This document shows positions 23,601 through 35,115 of a stretch of DNA of 64,000 bases, piece by piece (position 1 is the first letter of the stretch; each line of letters begins with the position of its first letter). The translations under genes were made by a program, and so were the position numbers. The notes beneath the pieces are model-generated. The model was not told the origin of the DNA. It was given only the letters and a program-made list of their open reading frames with translations, and did not search any database. The stretch covers positions 3,607,757-3,671,756 of the forward strand of contig MU054187.1 in the NCBI GenBank assembly GCA_013239625.1, given 5' to 3'. Origin of the DNA: Lama guanicoe. Lineage: Eukaryota.

Positions 23601-24430
23601 GACGCCTTCGGACGCTGGACGAGGAGCGCCGCCTTCGTTCTGCCGAGGAAGCGCTCTGCTCACGCAGTGTTCAGGTGCTGGCTAGGCACTCCCAGCCTCG
23701 TCACCTTTGCCAGAGAGCGCACTGCAGTTAGCCGCTGTCCCTGATGCGACCGCGGGCCTTGCTCCTGACAGGGCGCCCGGCAGGATGCACAGCGCCGCGC
23801 CCGCCGGCTCCCCGCGGGCAGCGCTTGGGACCGCGGCTCCGCTGCCGCTTCCGGGAGCCCGCCTGCCCCTGCCCCGGCCGGCAGCCCCGCCTCGCAGCCC
23901 GGGCCGCCGCTCCCCCGCCGGGGCCGGCGGGGGCTGGGTGGGTCAGAGGGAAGCTGGGCCGGGAGGCGGCGGCCGCCCCCGAGCTGGGCTGGCCCTTCGG
24001 GAGCGTCCCCAGGCGAGGCCAGGGCGCCGGGGGGGCGGGCGGTTGTGAAGGGAGGCCGACGGTGGTGGGGCCCTGCCCCGGGAGGGCCGCAGGCAGCGCC
24101 GCAGTGTCCCCCGGCCCCCACGCGGGACAGGCTCACCCTGCGGCAGACGCGAGTTCTCCCACCCTGGTCGTCAGGCCACCCGCCGAGTCTTCGGAAGCGG
24201 AGGGACTCTGAGCGCTGCCGCCAGCACTCGAGTGGGGGCCACCTGAAGCCTGCGCGCTCATTCCGAGCGTCTCGGCTCCACACGGCCCGTTCCTGGGCAC
24301 GTATCTTGAAGACACCAGTTTCGCTAATGGTTTATTTTTTGTATCTGTCAACAGACCTTTGGATTTGCGTTTCCGTCGTAGTCTCGATGTGCCGGTTCTC
24401 TAACTCTGCGACGGGAATTCCCGATTAGGG
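23570..24430. promoter_or_regulatory. CpG island without a recognisable gene (candidate minus-strand promoter/first exon)
   Basis: ~850 bp of very high GC and CpG; minus-strand donor-like AGG|GTGAGC after 24137; G4-forming runs at 23929-23950. Confidence 0.75.
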
Positions 24431-25819
24431 TACTGAGGTTGAAATTGTCCCTAGGGAGAGAACTGGCGCTTACCCATCTCTGTGCTGTGCCTGCGTCTCT
24501 AGATACGAAACACACAGTTTATGCGTTAGTGGTTTGGAGGGAATTCCCCCCTAGTAATGTGAGAGCAGATCTCCAGGTCTTCAGCAGTTAGAGTCGCGGA
24601 GATTCTTCCATGACACCCTTGTCCCCAACGAGAGCTGACTCACAGAGCTCTCAGGGCTCTGCTGAGTAGGGCTCCACCTTTCCGTGTTTAGTTGGAGCAG
24701 TGGACAGGTCCCTCGGCCTTACACCTTAGAAGGATGGAGCCGCTAGGAACAAGGGAGGAATGGGGCAGGTGTCCGAGAACCAAGGTTTCTTGTGGAGCTT
24801 AGGTGGGTTGCTGGGCAGGTGTCCATTCACGGTGGCTGTCGGTTACTCGAGGGAGGTGGCTGGGGAGGCAGAGGAAATGTGGAACCTAGTGATTATAGAG
24901 AGTGTACTCAAGAGCCCTGTGTTCATTTTATAAGAAGCATCTCAGCATCTCATGCTAGAGATTGGAAGTTCTGGGTCTCAGTTACTTAACTGCTGGATTA
25001 TGTGCTTAGGCTGGAATTTCCCAAAGGGATCATGCGGATCAGTGAGGAGATAATGCCACAACTGCTCATCCAGCTGAAGAGGCGTTTGAACAGTGCTGGC
25101 ACCGGATGGAACACTTCTCAACTTTTAATAGTGGTAGCTCGGTAATGAGGCCAGCAGGCAGGGCCAAATGTCTGGCCATCCACCCTTTTCCTATTCTGAA
25201 AGCAAATGCCTGTGGGACATAAGATGCTGAGCAGAGGCCCAAAGCCATGAACTCTGACTTTAGAAAACCTCTGGGTCTGAGGAGTAGGCGACTGTAAGTG
25301 AGATTTCTGAGCCAGGAGGACTGTCCGCTCACCGATAGAGCGCATGTTTTCTCCACATTGCTCAACAGCATTTGAACTGAATTTCTGTAGACTTTCTGGG
25401 AAGTCTAAGAAAGATTATTAAGCCTAGGGCTCATGAAATCTCATTAAAGAGCGATTGATTAACTATATGACATATAAAACTTTGAGACTTTATCCATCCC
25501 CCTCGCCCTGCTCTGCGATGATGAGGAAGAATCAGGAAATGAAGGTGAAGTGTGTGGACCCTCGTGCTCAGAACAGGACCTAAAACAGGTGGATCCATTG
25601 TATGTAACTGTTCTCAGTATTGGACTTGATGACTAGGCACTAACTCACACATAGGGCTGAGGAGGGCAAAGCTAGAGTTGCCCTTATGTGTCCTCTGTGG
25701 CTTGAATTTTTTTTTTTTTAAGAAACGAAGGTTTATTTGTCATTCAGGCAAAGTCCAGGAGACTCAGAGGTAGCTGTCCTCCTTCCAGGATGTCTCAATA
25801 TCATGGCATTTTAAAAAAT

Positions 25820-26550
25820 TGACTAACAGACACATATTACTATATAAAAAAATAGATAAACAACAAGGGCTTACTGTAGAGCCCAGGGAAATATATTAAA
25901 TCTCTTGTGATAACATATAATGGAAAAGAACCTGAAATGAAAATACCTACATATGCAGATGTATAACTGAATTGCTGTGCTCTGCACCAGAAACTAACAC
26001 CGTAAATCAACTACACTTCAATAAAATTAAAAAAAACTGAAGTATAGTTTATCTATAATATTATGTTTGTTTCAGGTATGCAGGGGTTTTGCAAGCTGGA
26101 TGTAAAATACACTCATTATCTTTTAAAAGTTGTTAAAAATTGAATTATATAAACCTACAATTAAATTGTATTGGGAAAAAAAGGTTTAAAAAAAGTTATG
26201 ATGAGATAATGTCTATAATTCCCTGTGCTATGCAATATATCCTTGTTGCTTATCTGTTTAGTACACAGTAGTTTGCATGTCTTAATCCTCTACCCCTAAT
26301 TTGCCCCTCCTTCCTCTCCTCTTTGGTAATCACTTGTTCGTTTCCTATGGCTGTGTGTCTGTTTCTGTTTTGCATATACAATTTGTTTGTTTTATTTCTT
26401 AGGTTCCATACAGAAGTGATACCATACAGTATTTGTCTGTGTCTGTCATATCACTAAGCATAATATTCTCTAGGTCCATCCATGTTGCTGCAAATGGCAG
26501 AATTCTGTTCTTTTTTATGGCCAAGTTATATTATATACACACATATATAT
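25820..26550. mobile_element. Cluster of L1 3'-end fragments in both orientations with a DNA-transposon-like piece between them
   Basis: Sense L1 3' end at ~25820-26035 (AACAACAAGGGCTTACTGTAGAGCCCAGGGAA); antisense L1 3' UTR at ~26035-26085 and ~26200-26540 (TCTAGGTCCATCCATGTTGCTGCAAATGGCA). Confidence 0.75.
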
Positions 26551-27564
26551 ATGGCTTTAAGTTTTGAATGAACATCCCAAGGTATTTCTGGGGCATCTGC
26601 CAAATTTTAGAAGTTAATGGAAAAGTAACTGGGGCTATTCATTATCTGGAGTTGTTGGCTTGGCAGAAGAAGCACGAAGATTGAGGAGTTGGATCCCTGA
26701 GGGTCGAGGCAGCAGGTATCCGGTGATGCCTAGACGAACACGGAGTCTGTCAGACATCTGTATGATGCGTGAGGTGTTAGTGCTGCTCCACTGACTGGCC
26801 CTGAGAAAATGCCACCATCACCAACTGGTCCTTAGTTCTATTACTTACAGGAAATTTATGATTTAATAGCCATTATAAGAAGTTTAGAAATGATTATTCC
26901 CCAATTTTAAAACCGCCCAGAACTTCACTGGGATTCACATGAAGGCTACACTGCAAACAGATCAATGCACACCCCCGAGGGCCACCCCTGCTCTTGGACC
27001 CTGGGGCGGGGGGGGGTGGGTAAGATGGGGAGAGGACCATGAGGATACTCAGGGCACTGTCTTGTTGAGTGTAAGTCTGGAATTTAGCCTCCCTGACTCT
27101 GTAAGCCCTTATTATTACCTATGTGGGTATCAGCTTTGAGGGGCCCTGCAAGAAGGAAGAGAATTGCATTCACCCAATTAGAATTGTGCAACTCGCACCT
27201 TAGAATTCCTGTCCTACCTGTTCCCAGATGTGTGAGGTCACGCATCAGCATGGGATGCTTCCTACTGCAGGTGACAGAATAAGCACCTAACAGTGGTTTA
27301 TTTCACATCACATGGAATATACAAGGAAATGGGTCAGAGCTGTCCGAGGACTTAATGTCCTGCTAGTGTGCCAGCTTCAGGCATTCATCTACTTCTGGGG
27401 CAGGATGTTGGCTGGTGTGGGAAGAACCAGCCATGTCTATCCATTTTACTAGGAAAGTAAGCACTTTCTGAGAGGTAGCTGGGCAGTTATCCTTACATCC
27501 CTCTCATTTGCTACGACGGCATTCCTGGCTTTGCTGTGGTTAACTGCAAGAAAACACCACCCTG

Positions 27565-27622
27565 CAAACAAACAAACAAACAAACAAACCAAAAAACAAA
27601 CAAAACAAAACCAAGCAAAACC
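27565..27622 (+). repeat. (AAAC)n/(AAAAC)n simple repeat
   Basis: Direct reading of tandem AAAC units. Confidence 0.85.
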
Positions 27623-27699
27623 AGATACACAGCTTTGTTTTCCCCCTCTACTCCAGGAGTAGAGTTTTTATTTGTTTAATTAAAAAAAACAACCATTTT

Positions 27700-28790
27700 G
27701 CAACGCAAAAAAAAAAAATTAGTGAGAAGAGTGGCACTGTTTAACATTTTTGCAAATACATGTAACTAAAGGTCGGGCTTAATAGAAGACAACCAGATAG
27801 TCACACCTGCTTCTGCATTTCAGCCTGTTGTGACACGTTGTTTTGGATGAAATACATGAAGAAAACTAGTCTTACAGAGAGATGCACAGTTGCATTTTTA
27901 TTCATGTTTGCAAGTAACTGTGGATAGTCTGCTTTGATACTGTACCCCAACTTGGCAAGAGGTAGTTTCTTAAATATGAGTTGCCATGTGGAATTTGAAA
28001 CCGTAACAATGTACTTTTTGTACTCTATTCCATTACAATCCTTTTGAACATTGAATGGATCCTTTACCAAAGCATGAGTTTGTAACATTGGTAATTTGAA
28101 AAAAAATATTAGTTCACTGAGTTATGCAAACCTTCTAAATGTTGACATATTTCATTACACAATACCAAAAAAAATCACATTTGTTAATATCACCACTAAT
28201 CTCATCAGAAAGTACGGGGAAGCCATCAAATCAAGGTGGTGGATAAAAGTTTTCTAGAATTTTAATTTTCTCCTGAAAGCACATTTTATCAGCAGCAACA
28301 AAGGCTGTCAATTGTTTTGCTAGACATGACAGGCTTGCTTTATTCAGTTTCTGAGAAAATGTCTGCCAGATGCCCAGTTCTGAGTAACTATAGATTGTTC
28401 TTTCCAGTAAAATGGTGTTCCCTGAAACAGGAGGCTTGTTCAGCTTGTAACTTGAACAATTGCACAAGTGCTTTTCCTCAGGACAACAGGCACACATTGG
28501 GGTCCCGCAGAAGTGCCTTAAACATGCATCCTGTTTAATCTCGCAGATATTAAAATGATATGCATTCCAAGGGTTGATAAAAGTATTGGAGGCATTAATA
28601 AGTGAAAACTGTCTCTTTTTTTAGCTTGAGTGTGAGGTGATGAGGAAAACCATGCCAACTTAGCAGAGTTTGGTGCCGCTGCCCTGAGTCAGGTTAAGGC
28701 GCCAGCAGTTTCACCCTCCTTTGCTTTTGTATCATAAATGTAAGTATCAGCCGAGTGAAAAAAGGTAAATCTAGGTCTGATCCCTTGAGA
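27700..28790 (-). mobile_element. Charlie1-family hAT transposon fragment with a decayed transposase C-terminus
   Basis: Minus ORF 27801-28088 contains VKDPFNVQ...SNSTWQLIFKKLPL...SIKADYPQL, resembling the hAT dimerisation-domain region. Confidence 0.85.
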
Positions 28791-28976
28791 GGGACTCTCA
28801 GAGACCACAGGGATCCATGCACACAACTCTCCCCTCTCCTTCTGCCTCCTTACCCACCCTGGTGCTTCCTTGTGTGGTCCCCCAGTGATGGGAGAGCTGT
28901 AAGTAATAAAAAGCAGCCATTCCCTGATCTGTTGGCCTTACCATATCAGATGTTCTATTAACACATTATATTTTAA

Positions 28977-29503
28977 TGCTCATCAACAGACGACTGGATA
29001 AAGAAGATGTTATATATATATAATATATATATAATAGAATATTACTCAGCCATAAAAAGGAATGAAATAATGCCATTTGCAGCAACATGGATGGATGTAG
29101 AGATTATCATATTAAGCACACTGACTGAAGTAAGTCAGAGAAAGATAAATATCATATGACATCACTTATATGTGGAATCTAAAAAAATATGATACAAATT
29201 CTATTTACAAACCAAAAACAGACTCACAAACATAGAAAACAAACTATGGTTACTGAAGGGGAAAGGGTGGGGAGGGATAAATTAGGGGTTAGGGATTAAC
29301 AGACACACATTACTATACACAAAATAATAAACAAGGACCTGCTGTAGAGCACAGGGGACTATATTCAATTTCTTGTAATAACATATAATGGAAAAGAATC
29401 TGAAAAGAAAAACTGCATGCATGTATATGTATAACTGAATCACTTTGCTGTACACCTGAAACTATCACTGTAAATCAATTAGACTTCAATTAAAAAATAC
29501 ATT
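28977..29503 (+). mobile_element. 5'-truncated younger L1 with a 14-bp target-site duplication
   Basis: L1 3' UTR (GAAATAATGCCATTTGCAGCAACATGGATGGA...CACTTTGCTGTACACCTGAAACT) flanked by ACATTATATTTTAA at 28963-28976 and 29504-29517. Confidence 0.92.
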
Positions 29504-29699
29504 ACATTATATTTTAAAGCAATGGCAATAGTGAATATAAACAACACTTTTATAGCATTTTGCTGGCATGAGGAAAAGAAAAATGGGGGAAAGCTGGAGG
29601 GGAGGATGGGATCAAGGTATCACAGTGTGGCCGTATGCTGCCTGTAATGATCTTACGAACGGGGAAAAGGTAATGGTTTGGTGGTGGTGGGGGATCCAG

Positions 29700-30070
29700 T
29701 GCAGAGATGAAGTAGCTGGTCTTAGACAGGTGTGGGTGGTTCATTTATTTTAACAGGGAGGAAAGTAGGGTGCAGATGCAGGTAGATGGTTAGGATTGGG
29801 GTCAAAAGATGTGGAAATTCTCTTCTGTTTGCTTTTATCTTCTTGGTAAGTTAAGAAGCAAGACCGCCAGCCAGGCTGGGCTGGGAGGAGTGTGTAGGAG
29901 GCGTGAGGAGATGTGCCGTGGAGAACGCACAGTAAGCTGACTAGGACAAGACAGCAGGATGGCCAGGCAACACCGAGGAGCCCATTTGAGGTGTGGGGTC
30001 ACACATTTTAGTGGAGATGCATAAGCCTGACTGTGCGGGTTTCACAAGGAAGAGATGTAGCGTAAGTAGA
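29700..30070 (+). mobile_element. L2 fragment
   Basis: GGGTGCAGATGCAGGTAGATGG...TCTCTTCTGTTTGCTTTTATCTTCT resembles L2 ORF2 remnants. Confidence 0.5.
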
Positions 30071-30079
30071 GAGTTTAAA

Positions 30080-30830
30080 ATAGACTTTATTTTAGAACTG
30101 TTTGAGATTTACAGAAAAATTGTAAGACAGAACAGAGAATTCCTATAGAACCCACACCCCGTTTCCCCTATTACCAACAGCTTACGTTAGCACAGCACAT
30201 TTAACAACCAGTATTGACACATGACTAACAATAGTTCATACTTCGTTCAGACGTTTTCACCCGATCTCCTTTTTCTGTTCCAGGACCCCATCCAGGAGAC
30301 ATTGCATTTAAGTCCTCACTAAGTCTCCTCTCGCCTACAGCAGTTCCTCAGACCTTCCTTGTTTTTGATGACCTTGACTGTTGTGAGGAGTAATGGTTAA
30401 GTATTTAACAAAATGCACCGTGCCCACCGCCCCACTGGGGATTTGTCTGGATTAGAAAGAAGCCCTTCCTTAAGGGGCAGGGAATTATGTAGTTGTGTGT
30501 ATACATAAATTATTTGGATTCTTCTGCACAAAAGATATGTCTGTTGTCCCCCATTTATTTATTTATTCACTCATTTATTTATAGTAGTATGCAGTCATGG
30601 GTACTTACTTTGGGTTATCATCCAATACTACTTTATCTTGTTGCTAAAATTGTTCCAGCTTTGGCCATTGGAAACTCCTTCAACTGGCTACTGTGTCCCT
30701 TTGACATACCCCCATCATTCTGCAGGTTTTTTGAGCACTTCTTTACTTTCTGATGCTAAAAAAGATGCTCTAAGCTCATTTTATGTATTTCCTTCTGCAG
30801 TCCTAGAATCAGCTATTTATTTACCCAGTG
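30080..30830 (-). mobile_element. L1MC-type 3' end, antisense
   Basis: TAGACTTTATTTTAGAACTGTTTGAGATTTACAGAAAAATTG and CTTTTTCTGTTCCAGGACCCCATCCAGGA. Confidence 0.75.
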
Positions 30831-30918
30831 CTGTTTATTTTTTAATCTTTTTAAACTTTAAAATACTCAAAAATAATAAATGTACAGCTTAGTGAATTAC
30901 TTTAAGGAACACACCCTT

Positions 30919-31122
30919 CCAGTGTTGTGTTGGAGCTGGCCCACACAGTCTCCTAAGAGCTGTTTGTGTAATCTCTTCCCAGCTCCACATACAATGACAT
31001 CATGTTGGTAGCTTGAAATTGGCCATGGTGGTATATTTACATGATGGAAATCAGGAACTGCTACAAGTCAGGGCTTTCTTTTCCCCGTGGAGAGTCAGTT
31101 GTTAAATACCAGCACACCACTG
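30919..31122. mobile_element. MER63-like hAT-Blackjack element
   Basis: Inverted termini CCAGTGTTGTGTTGG...CCAGCACACCACTG; internal GTTGGTAGCTTGAAATTGGCCATGGTGG. Confidence 0.75.
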
Positions 31123-31549
31123 CTTGTCACCGCCACCCAAGGAAAGAAATAAAACCGCAAGCTAATAAATAAGACTCTGCCAGCCACCCCAGTAACCCCT
31201 GCACATTTCCCATCGCAGCCCTCTCTCCAGAAGTAGCCACTACCCTGACTTTATAGTAATCACTTCCTTGTGTATGTGTTTTTAAAGGCTTTTTGTGTTT
31301 TTAAATGCTTTTTGTCACCCATATGTCCATCCTTAGACACTATGGTTAATACCATGCATTGTTTTTACCCTACTATATATTTTAAGCGCTTTAATCTATA
31401 GACTGCCTCTCCACCTCTTTCTTTTCTTTACAGTTTATCTGTTGAAGCATGTGGGCCAGTTTATCTGCAGCCTTTCCCCATCTGGGTTTTATTGATTGCA
31501 TACCCATGAGTGTAGTCCAACATGTTTCTTTGTACCCACTATTTACCAC

Positions 31550-32830
31550 ATCAAATTGACATTGATAGAATATTTCACCTAACACGTTCTCTTCAAGTGT
31601 CCATGAAATGTATCAAGACCACATCCATAAAAAAAACCTCAACAAATGTAAAAGAACTGAAACCAGAGTGTGTTCCCCAATCACAGTGGAAGTAAAGGAG
31701 GAAGGAAGAACAGGAAGATCTCCAGACACTTGGCAACTAAATTACACACTTCAAAATAATCCGCGTGTCAAAGGGGAATCTCAAAGGAAATTAAAACAAC
31801 AGCAACAACAACACTGAACTGATGTGCATGTAGCAAATCACAACACAACGTGTGGGACACAGCTAAAGCGCCGCCGAGGAGGAAATGTTTAACACCAAAT
31901 GCTCACACTGGGAAAGAAGAGAAGTCTCAGATCTACATTCTTACCTCACGAATGTAGAAAAAGAAGAGCAAAATAAACCCCAAAGAAACTGGAGGCAGGA
32001 GTAATAGAATCAGAAAACAGTGCAATCGTAAGCAGAAAAACAGTGAAGAACATCAGGTGAACAACATCAGTGGAACAAAATCTAGCTTTTTGAAGAGATT
32101 AACAAAATTGATGAACCTCTAGCAACATTGTCATATAAAATGTGAAGATTGAAACAGGGAATATTACTCCAGACTCTGCAAACATAAAAAAACAAGAGAT
32201 ACTACAAACAACTCTATGTGTGTAAATCTGACAAATTAGGCAAAATAGACCAATTCCTCAAAAGACATAAACTACCATAATTTACTCAATACAAAACACA
32301 TAATTTGAATTACTCTGTAAGTACTAAGGAAACTGAATTTTAAATAAAAAAACTCTCCCCAAAGAAATCTTGAGGCTCAAATGTTTTCACTGGAGAATTC
32401 TCCCAAAAGATTAAAGAAAAATTAGCACCAAAAAAAAAAAAAAAAAAGAAAAAGAAAAATTAGCACCAATTCTACAAAGTCTATTCCAGAAAGCAGAAGA
32501 GAAGGGAGCACTTTCCAATCCATTTTATGAAGCCAGTTTTACTTTGATATGAAAACCAAAGACATTACAAGAAACGCAAACTGTGAGACCAATATTTTTC
32601 ATGAGTGTCGATGCAAAAATCCTGAACAAAAAGAATTCAGCTCGGAGGGGAGGGCATAGCTCAGTGGTAGAGCACGTGCTTAGCACACTGGAGGTCCTGG
32701 GTTCAATCCCCAGCGCCTCCTCTAAAAATAAACAAACCTAATTACCTCCCCCTACCCCCCACCAAATTTAAACAATGAAATAGATAAAGAATTCAGCTAC
32801 ATATAAAACAATTGTCCATCATGACCAAGC
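31550..32830 (+). mobile_element. L1 ORF2 (endonuclease to RT region) fragment
   Basis: AAAAAACCTCAACAAAT, TTTGAAGAGATTAACAAAATTGATGAACCTCTAGC, CATTTTATGAAGCCAG, GATGCAAAAATCCTGAACAAAA. Confidence 0.85.
32643..32785 (+). mobile_element. tRNA-derived SINE (camelid Vic-1-like) with a 13-bp TSD
   Basis: GGGGAGGGCATAGCTCAGTGGTAGAGC (A box)...GGTCCTGGGTTCAATCCCCAG (B box), AT-rich tail; AAAGAATTCAGCT duplicated at 32630-32642 and 32786-32798. Confidence 0.9.
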
Positions 32831-32859
32831 GATGTTTTAAAGGGTATTTTACAGAATAG

Positions 32860-33640
32860 TCTTCAGTTTAGGTTGTTTGATGTTTCCTCGTGACTGAATT
32901 AAAGTTACGAGGTTTCGGCAGGAAGATCAGTGAAGTAAATGCTGTTGGGTTCTTCTCAGCAGCGCAGCAGGAGGTTCCCTGCTCTGTCCAACTGCTGATG
33001 AGCTTTGCTTTGATCAGTCGTCTAAACGTGTCCCCTGGGTTTCTCTAACGCAAGGTTCCTCTTTTTGTAATTAATGAATATTTTGTGGGAAGATACTTTA
33101 ATCCAGTATAAATGTCCTGCTTTGCATCACCCAGTGCTTTGCACACATCAACCATTTCTCGTCTGAAGGAACTGTTACCACGATCGTTGCCAATTCATTG
33201 TTTTCTAGTTTCATTACTCCTTCTCTGCAGTTATTACTTGTAACCCTACTTCTCTACTTATCTATATTTATTCATTTTATTTTTTATCACCATAAACTCA
33301 TATATTCTTGTCTTATTCCATAGATTATAATCTATTACTGTCACTATTTATTAATGCCCCAAATTTCCCAAAATAGGCCAGTAAGTACCCATTCAGGTCA
33401 GCTCCTGTGTCGTTTTTCACACATTCTTTGGACATTTACTTTCTGCTACGAGACGTCCCAGAGTTGTCTGGTACTTTCCTTACCCCAGGTCCTAGAAGCA
33501 GCCATTTTCCCGAGGAGCTCTGAACTTTTTGGTGGAGAATGGTACTTAGAGACCAAAATCTGGGCATTACTGTGCTCATTGCTGCTAGATACCGCTGCAT
33601 CTGAGCCCTCTCAGGAGGCAGAGCTAGGCAACACAGGCAT
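32860..33640 (-). mobile_element. L1MC-type 3' UTR fragment, antisense
   Basis: AGAATGGTACTTAGAGACCAAAATCTGGGCA...TGTGCTCATTGCTGCT motif. Confidence 0.65.
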
Positions 33641-33722
33641 GTGTGTGTGTGTGATTGATGTATGTGTGTGTGTATATACACACACACATATCTATCTGTA
33701 TATCACACATACATACATACAC
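33640..33722. repeat. Compound (TG)n/(TA)n/(CA)n microsatellite
   Basis: Direct reading. Confidence 0.8.
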
Positions 33723-34059
33723 ATTGTTTTTTTTAATGTCTTTTTTTTTGGCTTTGTGGACAAAACGTCATTTTTTACACTCCTGAGAATATTAATTAGA
33801 GGATTAAAAATGTTTTCTGTTCATCATTGCCTTTGTTTCATCTGAGTCTCTATTTTCCTTTTTTGCCATTTTGGTCTCTGTCTTTCTCATGTTGGAGATT
33901 GTCTGAAATGTCTGATGGTCACTGACTGTCATTTCATATTTAAGAGTGACACACACAGTATTTCTGGGGTTTTGTAATGAGGAAATAGTTTATTCATACC
34001 AACCTTTCCATGAAAACAACTTCAGATGTTGGTGAAAAGGGTAAAAGTATCTTCTCAGA

Positions 34060-35010
34060 AACAGCATCAGTGGGAACACTCGTTGGTACAACGCTTTAGA
34101 GAGGAGTTTGCGAAGTCAGCAAACCTGCACGTGCACTTACCCTTTGACCCAGCAGTCTAACTCCTAGAATTTACCTTGAAGGTGTACCTCTGACAATATG
34201 AAAATGTGTATGCACAAAGTTATTCATTACAGCATTATTTGTAACTTCAAAATATGGGAAACAATCTAAGTGCCCAGAACAGCCGTTAAATAAGCTGCGC
34301 TCATCTACACACAGTAACTCTACGTAGCAAAACAGGGAATGAGGACACTTGCTATGAACTGACATGGCTGAGATCTAGAATATATTGTTCACTGGAAAAG
34401 CAAAATGAAGAACAGCATATATCTATAATGTACCTTTTGTGTAAAAAGGAGGAAATGAGAAAGTATATGTGCGTGCTTACTTGTAGGGAAAAACAGAAAG
34501 AAAGTAAAGTAACTTAGGAAGAACAGGCCAGAAACGGAGGTTGTTTATTAAGGCTACTGGGTGAAAATGGTGTAGAAAGCATGAGGTATTGGAACAGAAG
34601 AAATGAGATGAGCATTTCTTTCATTTTTTTTATGTGTTCTGAATTTTAGAACCATGTCAATCTTTCACATACTTAAAGAAAACATTAACAAGGATGTCGA
34701 GTGAAAAAATGACAGAACACAGAAACAAGTGAACTTAAATATATTTTAAATGGATGGCACTGAAAGAGGATGAGGGGTAACTTTGGACACAATATTTGAT
34801 AATACTGTCCTCAGGATAAATATCAATGACCTATAAACAAGTACTGTGCTCTAGGTAGTAAGTGTCGGTTAGCAATTATGAAACGTCTTTATGTGTATTC
34901 CATAACTGAGTAAGTGACTATATTGTGGATAATGAGAATCAGGTTTGTCTTTGTTAGAGAAAGGAGTTAGTATATGAAAAGGGGGAAGGCTAGCCTGAAG
35001 TCTGAGTACT
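34060..35010 (+). mobile_element. Old L1 (L1ME/L1MC) 3' fragments
   Basis: CCCTTTGACCCAGCAGTCTAACTCCTAGAATTTACC...TTCATTACAGCATTATTTGTAA. Confidence 0.7.
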
Positions 35011-35054
35011 TAGGTTGACATTTTTGGAAGAATAACTGTAAACTGATGGAGATT

Positions 35055-35115
35055 ATCTCTCTATCTACCTACCTACCTACCTACCTACCTACCTACCTAT
35101 CTATCTATCCATCTA
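35055..35115. repeat. (TACC)n/(TATC)n tetranucleotide microsatellite
   Basis: Direct reading. Confidence 0.9.

Noticed and set aside
23660..24428. 100-207 aa ORFs in the CpG island (likewise at 15697-16292 and 61233-62523)
   Set aside because: Low-complexity G/P/R/A translations in several overlapping frames, typical of stop-poor GC-rich DNA.
1285..28790. Similarity between ~1300-2200 and ~27700-28790 as a local duplication
   Set aside because: Both are diverged Charlie1 copies with unrelated flanks, so independent insertions are more likely.
32647..32720. tRNA gene
   Set aside because: The tRNA-like head has an AT-rich tail and a TSD and sits inside an L1, so it is a SINE.
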